A stretch of DNA of 63,082 nucleotides, filler included, from Octopus bimaculoides (lineage: Eukaryota): the NCBI RefSeq assembly GCF_001194135.2. It is 5 parts of 5 records of this genome, joined end to end, with 100 filler letters (N's around TTAATTAATTAA, not from the genome) between each part and the next. Parts side by side here need not be neighbours in the genome. Positions count along the whole stretch, not along the records: positions 34,444 to 57,456 come from NC_068981.1; positions 57,557 to 59,839 come from NC_068985.1; positions 59,940 to 63,082 come from NC_069003.1; 2 more parts are not named here. One strand, written 5' to 3'. Made by a program: the position numbers and the translations under genes. The notes beneath the pieces were generated by a model. The model was not told where the DNA came from. It saw nothing but the letters and a program-made list of their open reading frames with translations, and ran no database searches. Shown piece by piece: positions 55,580 through 63,082 of the stretch. Every line of letters starts with the position of its first letter. The first letter of the stretch is position 1.

Positions 55580-57274
55580 ATTGAAGGCATGACAAGTGTA
55601 CAACTGTACAGGGATGCTATTAGTAAGGTTAGAGTTGGCAATGAGTATAGTGAAGAATTCTGGGAGAAGTAGGGATTCGCAAAGGATCAGCCCTCAGCCC
55701 ACCTCTTCTTCATCATAGTCCTCCAGGCGATAACAGAGGAATTCAAGATAGGTTGCCCCTGGGAGCTCCTCTATGCTGATAACCTTGCTCTCATAGCAGA
55801 ATCACTACCAGAACTAGAAGAAATTTTAGGTATGGAAGCAAGGTTTAGAATTGAAGGACCTTAGAGTCAATGTTGCAAAAACCAAAGTCCAAGTAAGTAG
55901 GAAAGCGAACACATCACAAACCCCTTCAGATAGATGGCCCTGCTTGATCTGTAGAAAAGGTGTAGGTAGAAACTCCATAAGATGTACACAGTGTAAGCTA
56001 TGGATGCATAAGAGGTGCAGTAACATCAAAGGAATGTTAACTGAGATGATAGCTTTTTTGTGCAGCAGATGCACATGGGCAATAAACACCGCAGATGCTC
56101 AGAAAACGGATTCCATCACATGCCAGAGGGAGAAACTAGAAGTAGTTGATAGCTTCCGCTACCTCGGTGGTTAAGTCTGTAGTGGGGTTGGATGCTCGGA
56201 AAGCATTGCCACTAGAATAAGAATAGCCTGGGCAAAGTTCAGAAAGTTCCTACCTCTACGGGTTACAAAGGGCCTCTCACTCAGAGTGAAAGGCAGAATG
56301 TATGATACACATGTGCAAACTGCTATGCTACACGGCAGTGAAACATGGGCCATGACTGCTGAAGACAAGTGTAGACTTGAAAGAAATGAAGCTAGTATGA
56401 TCCGCTGGATGTGTAATGTCAGTGTGCACACATGACAGAGTGTAAGCGTCCTGAGAGAAATGGTGGACATAAGAAGCATCAGATGTGGTGTGCAAGAGAG
56501 ACGTCTGTGATGGTATGGTCATGTGCTATGTATGGATGAGGAGAGCTGTATGACGAAGTGTCACTCCCTAACACAGGAAGGAACCCATGGAAGAGGGAGA
56601 CCCAAGAAAACATGGAATGAGGTGCTGAAGCATGACCTTCTAATGTTGAACCTCAGAGAGGCAATGGCGAAAGACCGAGACCTCTGGAGGTATGCTGTGA
56701 TTGAGAAGACCTGGCAAGTAAGGTGAGATCACAGCTGTAGTCTATCCCAGTGCCGCATAACTAACCCATTTAAAAAGTACCTTGAATTGTTGGGCAACGC
56801 GCTGTGCTTGAAGAGACCTGTTGAGTCAATCAAAATCAAAAGGTAAAATCAAATCACAATCAAATGGAAATTGTAGTTGTGGCTGATGCTAGTGCTGCCT
56901 GACTGGCTCTTGTACTGGTGGCATGCAATAAGCACCATTCATGCATGGGTTGTTGCCAGTGCTGCTTGACTGGCTCCCCGTGCTAGTGGCATGTAAAAAG
57001 CACCATCTGAAATCTGAATGTGGTTGATGCCAGCTCCACCACTCCGACTGGCTCCTATGCATGTAGCACCGCCTGACTGGCTCCCGTGCCGTTGGCATGT
57101 AAAAAGCAGTCACTGCATTCTCGGAGTGGTTGGTGTTAGGAAGGGCATCCAGCTGTAGAAACATTGCCAGATCAGATTGGAGCCTGGTGTAGCCTCCTGG
57201 CTTGCCAGTCCCCAGTCAAACCATCTAACCCATGCCAGCATGGAAAACAGACGTAAAACGATGATGATGGTGAT
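55580..57274 (+). mobile_element. 5'-truncated RTE-clade LINE (RT 3' half, PHD-like finger, 3' UTR, (GAT)n tail)
   Basis: LYRDAISKVRVGNEYSEEF, GSALSP, PWELLYADNLAL (YADD>YADN at 55772), LRVNVAKTK, EVVDSFRYLG, W.GHV, GRGRPKKTW. Frameshifted. Ends GATGATGATGGTGAT. Confidence 0.92.
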
Positions 57275-57336
57275 ATATATAACATGAAATTGGAAACTCT
57301 TTGGTATTATTTTCCAATTTCCTGTTTTATTATACA

Positions 57337-57456
57337 ACTAGCAGAAATACCCGGCTTTGCCCGGGTTAAAGAGAATAATGAAATCTAAAAACGCTGTCTA
57401 GACTACGCAACCCTCAACTGTTAGTAGCTACGATACCATATTTCTACATTAATAAC
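57337..57456 (+). mobile_element. Helitron-like 5' end, cut by scaffold end
   Basis: ACTAGCAGAAATACCCGGCTTTGCCCGGG: CTAG start plus CCCGG/CCGGG hairpin, typical of invertebrate non-autonomous Helitron ends. Confidence 0.55.
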
Positions 57457-57556
57457 NNNNNNNNNNNNNNNNNNNNNNNNNNNNNNNNNNNNNNNNNNNN
57501 TTAATTAATTAANNNNNNNNNNNNNNNNNNNNNNNNNNNNNNNNNNNNNNNNNNNN
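57457..57556. other. Synthetic scaffold-join spacer
   Basis: 44N-TTAATTAATTAA-44N. Confidence 0.95.
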
Positions 57557-57689
57557 AAAAACCTCATAAGGGAAAAAATCCATCATTTATTCCCCAAAAT
57601 ATATTTATTTATTTATATAAGGTCAAACTTTTTAATGCTCTTAAAAGGATTTTATCCTTTATATATACTGTTCAGTATTTATGTGTTGA

Positions 57690-57912
57690 AAAAATATATA
57701 TGTATATATTTGTGTGTGTCTGTGTTTGTCCCCTCACCATTCTTGACAACCGATATTGGTGTGTTTATGTCTCTGTAACTTAGCGGTTCAACAAAAAGGA
57801 CTGATAGAATAAGTACTAGGCTTACAAAGAATAAGTCCTGGGGTCGATTTGTTAAACTAAAGGCAGTGCTCCAGCATGGCTGCAGTCAAATGACTGAAGT
57901 AAGTAAAAGAAT
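57690..57912 (+). mobile_element. SINE 3' part
   Basis: GGTGTGTTTATGTCTCTGTAACTTAGCGGTTC...AGTACTAGGCTTACAAAGAATAAGTCCTGGGGTCGATTTG...CAGCATGGCTGCAGTCAAATGACTGAA. Confidence 0.88.
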
Positions 57913-59231
57913 AAAGACTGAAGAGATTAGTGAAAATAGAGACTAACAATGAAGTGCCCCATTTCTGTGGACCAAATTTCTTGCAGTGTTGAAGCAAAAT
58001 CAGAGATTATATACAATTGGCCATGTAGTGTATGCAGAGTGACACTGAAGCATGGAGAAGTGAAGGAGGACTTTTCTTAATGTGGAGTTACAGGCAAAGT
58101 AACTAGCAAATATGGAAGCATTTTATCAGGAGTACTACCAACAGAGCCATCTTGTTTGAGGAGTGGTGGATAGAAGGAACATGCTCTAAAGTTAATGGAA
58201 GGAAAAAGGTATACAGAAAGATGCACTGACACATACTACCCCGTCACCATACCCAGACAATGCCAAATGGTACGTACCTTGGGATACTGGTGACACAGGA
58301 AGATACCCAGCTGTTTTAAACAGTCTTTCCGCAATGACTCAGAAAACTGCATCAATCCACAAAACCTGATTTATGAGATGAAAGTGATATGAATAGAGAC
58401 AGGAATAATACAGCAATAAGAACACAGTAAGCGTTGTATTATTTCGTTAAGTTCAAATGTTTTCCTAGTTCTCTAAAACTTCATACCATTAGGTGAAACA
58501 AATAAACTTATATATGAGTACCATATATATAAGGGTGGGAGAAGAGCTTGGTGAAGTTTACATTTAAATGACTGGGTGAGAGAAACAATGAGAGACAGAG
58601 GTAAATTGGTAGGTAGATATGTAGGCAAATAAATTGATAAGAAGGTAGATATTTAGGTAAGTAAGTAAGTAGATGATATAGGTAAGTAGATAGACTAGCT
58701 AGGTAGACAGATATGTAGATTGATAAGCAACTACATAGATAGGTAAGAGGATCAGTAACAAGATAGGTAAACAGTTAGCTAGGTAAAGAGATAGACAGGT
58801 GGACAGATATGTAGTAGATACTAAATAGGTAGTTAGATAAGTGGATGTGTTGAAAGAGAGAGAGAGGGGGGGAGAAAAAATCTTTGATCATAAGTCTCTT
58901 CAACTAGGGCTGATTTGGAAAGCTCAACAACAACTAAAATCAACAACAAACACATAATAGTAGAAGAAACTGACATAAAAATAAATCCCCTTCAATATGA
59001 ATTAAAGGGTCACTGTATGGAATTCCTCAATACTTACACTTTGATACTGGATGATAGTTTATTGTGCTGCACAGATTTGGAAACTTCTCTTTTCGTCAGA
59101 CTTAGCAATTCTTTCAGAAATATTTCACTGACAATGATAAAGAAAAAACAGAGAATTACATTTCTGTGTGTAAATATGTGTGCACAAGCATATATGTATA
59201 TATATTTCTATAAGTTTGTGTGTGTGTGTGG

Positions 59232-59286
<55 letters not shown>

Positions 59287-59839
59287 CATACATTTACATC
59301 ATCATCATCATCATTTACAGCCCATTTTCCATTCTAACATGTGTTGGGCAAATTGACAAGAGCCAACGAGCCAGAGGACAGTGTCAAGCTCTGTCTGTTT
59401 TTGCATGCTTTCTACATACATAATACAGGTTAGAGAGAGAGAGAGAGATGAGTAAGTTTCAAGAGCCTAAGTGGAGATTATACTATAGAAAATGCAGAGA
59501 AGAAAGGAGACAGCACAGTTTGTGAACCAGAAATTGGAGTGTATTGGTGAGTGATATTATGCCAATCAATCAGATGATCACTTTGTAAGGATGATGTAAG
59601 TGTAATGTCATCTGTGTTTTATGTTATACATATATATATATATATATATATAAGATTGACCAGTGACCAGTCTGTCAAAATGCTAGAAGAAGCTCACTTA
59701 AAAAATTCTCAAATACAGATTCAGCGGAGCAAAAACAGGCGGGCTAGACCAGTGAAAATTGTACATACCTCGATTATCTGCAGACTATAGTTTCAAAATC
59801 AACACTTTCAAAATAAAAGTGTCTATTTATCTTCAGTAC

Positions 59840-59939
59840 NNNNNNNNNNNNNNNNNNNNNNNNNNNNNNNNNNNNNNNNNNNNTTAATTAATTAANNNNN
59901 NNNNNNNNNNNNNNNNNNNNNNNNNNNNNNNNNNNNNNN
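59840..59939. other. Synthetic scaffold-join spacer
   Basis: 44N-TTAATTAATTAA-44N. Confidence 0.95.
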
Positions 59940-60121
59940 ACAGAGAGAGAGACAGAGAAATGGATGGTGGGAGAATCAAATAAAATGAGATAGAACAGAG
60001 TACAGAGTAGACAAAACAGAAATGAGACAAGATAAAAAGAGAGAGAGACAGAGAGCAAGAGAGACAGAGAGAGAGAGAAAGAGAAAGAGAGAGAGAGAGA
60101 CAGAGAGAGAGACAGAGAGCA

Positions 60122-60157
<36 letters not shown>

Positions 60158-60158
60158 T

Positions 60159-60196
<38 letters not shown>

Positions 60197-60311
60197 AAGA
60201 GAAAGAGAAACAGGAGTGACATAAGATAAAGAGAGAGAGAGAAGTGAAATTAGATAAAGTGCAAAAAGAAAGACAGAGAAAATAGAGAGAAGGAAGGAAA
60301 AAAGAGGTTAG

Positions 60312-60342
<31 letters not shown>

Positions 60343-60422
60343 AGAGATAGTGACAAATGTATTCGAAGGTCATGTACTAAGCAGACTTTCTTACACATGT
60401 TCACAGCTACATGAGCTGCTAC

Positions 60423-60640
60423 ATGTTTTTATCTTTTATCTTTTACTTGATTCAGTCGTTAGTCTGTGGCCAAGCTGGAGTACCACTTTGAAGGATTTAG
60501 TCAAACATATCAATCCCAGTAGTTATTTTCTTTTTTTTTTTTGGTACTTATTTTATAGGTCTCTTTTCACTGAAGCACTAAGTTATGGGATTATAAACAA
60601 ACCAACACCTGCTGTCAAGTGGTGGTGGGGAACAAACACA
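60423..60640 (-). mobile_element. SINE 3' part, CpG-decayed
   Basis: TCTTTTACTTGATTCAGTC...GGCCAAGCTGGAGTACC...GGTCTCTTTTCACTGAAGCACTAAGTTATGGG. Confidence 0.8.
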
Positions 60641-60908
60641 AGCACAAAACCACACACACATACTACATATAATATGTGAAAACGAATCAGAAAGGCTTTG
60701 TAAATAATGGAGAGAATGCTACTATGGAAGACTCATAGTACAATAATAATTGTATAATAATATATCATAATAATATATGAGAGTATTGTAGTTCGCTTGA
60801 AGCATTGTGTATCGTTTGTAAAGAATAAAATGTTTAGAACGGTACAACAATGCACTATAAAACAAAAAATGGACTATATACCTGTTGTAATTTGGTTGTC
60901 TATAGTCC

Positions 60909-60944
60909 GATGATATTTCGAAATTACAATTCCTTCTTCAGATC
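60909..60944 (-). ncRNA. Minimal type-I hammerhead ribozyme motif (left arm)
   Basis: Minus strand reads GAT-CTGAAGA-A-GGAAT-TGTA-ATTTC-GAAA-TATC-ATC. Stem II contains one G-U pair. Confidence 0.6.
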
Positions 60945-60996
60945 TTCTTAGCTGGAGTCTGGAAAAAAAGTTTATAGCAGAGACTCCAGCAAAGAA

Positions 60997-61032
60997 GATC
61001 TGAAGACGGAATTGTAATTCCGAAATATCATC
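60997..61032 (+). ncRNA. Minimal type-I hammerhead ribozyme motif (right arm)
   Basis: GAT-CTGAAGA-C-GGAAT-TGTA-ATTCC-GAAA-TATC-ATC: intact CUGANGA/GAAA core, 5-bp stem II, palindromic AUAU stem III, AUC cleavage triplet (cut after 61029), 3-bp stem I. Confidence 0.65.
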
Positions 61033-61349
61033 AGACTATAGATAACCAAATTACAACAGGTATATAGTCCATTTTTTGTTTTATAGTGCATTGTTGTACC
61101 ATTCTAAACTTTTTATTCTTTATAATAATATATATTCTCCGATTTGAAGTGACAATTTTTAGATACAAATGACCGTAAAATAATGAGCTAACCCTAGCCA
61201 GAATCGAACCCACAAATCAATGCTTACACAGGTCCTTGCACATCCGATTGGGCCAAACATTCACCCATCAATTTCAGCCAAATTTAATGACTAAAGACTT
61301 AGGCTGTCTAATACTACATATAATATCTATAAACAAACCAGATAGGCTT

Positions 61350-61885
61350 TGTAAGTTAACTACTACTGCCAATTCTTCTTCTCCAAAACTTTATCCATCT
61401 GTAACCTTCCCCCTTGCTCATGTCTTTCTTGCAGGTGCTGGTCCATTTCAGTCCCTAGAAGTTGCTGACATTCTACAATGCTCAAGTGAGGTCCACAATG
61501 GAATCATTGCTACCACATCTGGGACAGTACTGTAATGCACTGACATTCTGGATTGTATCCAGAGAATAGCCACTCAACTGCTAGGCCTTAACTCACAGAA
61601 ACACTCCAGCCTCTGACCCTTAGGCATATTGTCTCCTCTCTCCGTTTTTTCTATCATTACCGTAAAGGCTTCTGTTCCTCAGAGCTGGTTGGCCTCATAC
61701 TTCCTGCATTCAGGTACCCCTACCCACTCATATTTCCACCTCTTGTCAGGCCTTGTTGTGTCCACACATCCTTATATACCCAACATCACATTAACTACTA
61801 CTTCCAATTCTTCTTCTCCAAAACTTTATCCATTTCTAACCTCCCCCTCCCCCCCCCTGCTCATGTCTTTCTTGCCGGTGCTGCT
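61350..61885 (+). mobile_element. CR1/L2-like LINE ORF2 3' fragment with duplicated 3' end
   Basis: FYNAQVRSTME..C.HIW, DILDCIQRIATQL, FFYHY.KGFCSSEL and FFSKT...N.LP across frameshifts. The about 85-bp end occurs at both 61355 and 61792. Confidence 0.75.
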
Positions 61886-61898
61886 GGCCCAAAACAAT

Positions 61899-62145
61899 TT
61901 AACCTTCTAGCATTCAGAGTATTCTGTCAAATGTAATATTTATTCATTCACATTGTTTTGAATCGTCTGTGCATTATCTCGTAACTTTGAGTTGTCAATA
62001 AATATGATTGTTTATTTTTAGAATGACAACGTAGGATACATATATCCGGAATAGCCACTCAACTGGTAAGCCTGATCTAACTGGTTTGAACACAAAACAG
62101 GTAGATTTTGGCTGGGTATGGCCTGTTTAAATACTAAAGTGTTAA
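61899..62145. mobile_element. piggyBac-like MITE
   Basis: TTAA|CCTTCTAGCATT ... AATACTAAAGTG|TTAA. Related copy at 43935. Confidence 0.7.
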
Positions 62146-62253
62146 ACAGAACATTAATGGCAGTAAGTGCCCTGGTCCCAGAGAACCTACAAAGGTCATG
62201 GGTACTGTCCCTTCCTCGAGATTCACCAAATAAAACAATAAATAAATATAAGG

Positions 62254-62750
62254 TGACTCACATATTTATTCTTAATATGTTGCTGCAGATTCAAATGTAA
62301 AACATACTAATCACTGTTGTGTACATCAGAGAACAACCTTCCTTTTTGACAAATACGTGTTCATAGCAGATTTGATTCACTGGTGCAAGGGACTTTAGGT
62401 CACCAGTGTTTCCACATATTGTGTCTCATTAGCACCCCTGGACTTTTGAGTCTACACAAGAACCAGTGGCTCTTGTTTGTAATTTCAGCAAAGTTGCTCA
62501 CTGAGTGCTAATATCAGCCAACAGAAAATAAATCATTTGCGCTGTGAACAGTGAGATCTGATACAATGACTTGCATATTTATTCTTTACATGTTTCTTCA
62601 GATTCAAATACAAATATGCTAGTTGCTGTTGTGTATGTCATAGGAGAACAACTTCTCCCTTTTACAATGACAGTGTATTCATAACACACTCAACTCATTG
62701 GTACAAGGGATCTTGGGACATTGGTGTTTCAACATGTTGTGTCTTATCAA
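62254..62750. repeat. Diverged direct duplication, period about 313 bp
   Basis: TGACTCACATATTTATTCTTAATATGTTGCTGCAGATTCAAAT (62254) versus TGACTTGCATATTTATTCTTTACATGTTTCTTCAGATTCAAAT (62567). Similarity continues for about 185 bp. Confidence 0.85.
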
Positions 62751-62804
62751 ATCTCAGTTGGCTGCTTTCTTGTCACCTCCATTCAGCCACTCCTACCTTA
62801 TGCC

Positions 62805-63082
62805 CAGCACACTGGGCAAAATGCTTTGAGGTATTTCGTCTGTCCTTATGTCCTGAGTTCAAATTCCACGTGGGTCAACTTTCATCCTTTTGGAGTCAAT
62901 GAAATAAGTACCAGTTACGCAGTGAAGTCAATGTAATCGACTAGCCCCCCTCCCCCACAATTTCAGGTCTTGTGCCTATAGTAGAAAGGATCATTATTAT
63001 TATTAAGGCAGGGAGCTGGCAGAATCGTTAGCATGCTGGGAAAATTGCTTAGTGGCATTTCATCTGTCTTCACATTCTGAGT
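62805..63082 (+). mobile_element. Two tandem SINE copies (Meta-domain-like family), second cut by window end
   Basis: GTCCTGAGTTCAAATTCC...TTTCATCCTTTTGGAGTCAATGAAATAAGTACCAG...TTGTGCCTATAGTAGAAAGG, then AAGGCAGGGAGCTGGCAGAATCGTTAGC. Confidence 0.88.

Larger units (their letters stand above)
60819..61122. repeat. 142-bp inverted repeat, 20-bp spacer (head-to-head Penelope-like pLTR remnants, inferred)
   Basis: Arms 60819-60960 and 60981-61122; 7 mismatches by manual alignment. Confidence 0.93.

Noticed and set aside
56361-56385. CTGAAGA-C-AAGT-GTAG-ACTT-GAAA hammerhead-like core
   Set aside because: It lies in RTE coding sequence (AEDKCRLERNE) and lacks stems I and III; coincidental.
61434-61535. 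Strong acceptor (cttgcag|G) plus open frame as a terminal exon
   Set aside because: The sequence is explained by the CR1-like remnant read in other frames.

Overview
Repeat-dense animal genomic DNA, most likely a coleoid cephalopod such as Octopus. That assignment is an inference from the extreme microsatellite load and the SINE/RTE families present. I cannot support any intact protein-coding gene. Nearly all ORF-track entries are translations of simple repeats or N gaps, and the few protein-like ones are decayed transposon fragments. The window is five assembled pieces joined by four identical synthetic spacers (44 N + TTAATTAATTAA + 44 N). Sequence 1-34343 is CpG-containing and microsatellite-saturated. 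Sequence 34444-63082 is CpG-depleted and looks like a methylated, probably intronic, domain. Recognisable elements are a full-length dead mariner, an RTE LINE 3' portion with a PHD-type finger inside the RT region, R4/Dong and CR1-like fragments, hAT, mariner, Tigger and piggyBac-like MITEs, a Helitron-like end, and many tRNA-derived SINEs. The most interesting signal is two unrelated minimal hammerhead-ribozyme motifs, each in a head-to-head inverted arrangement. At 60.8-61.1 kb a 142-bp inverted repeat carries a hammerhead on each strand; at 25.6 kb there is a variant-core copy. Both fit remnants of Penelope-like terminal repeats.
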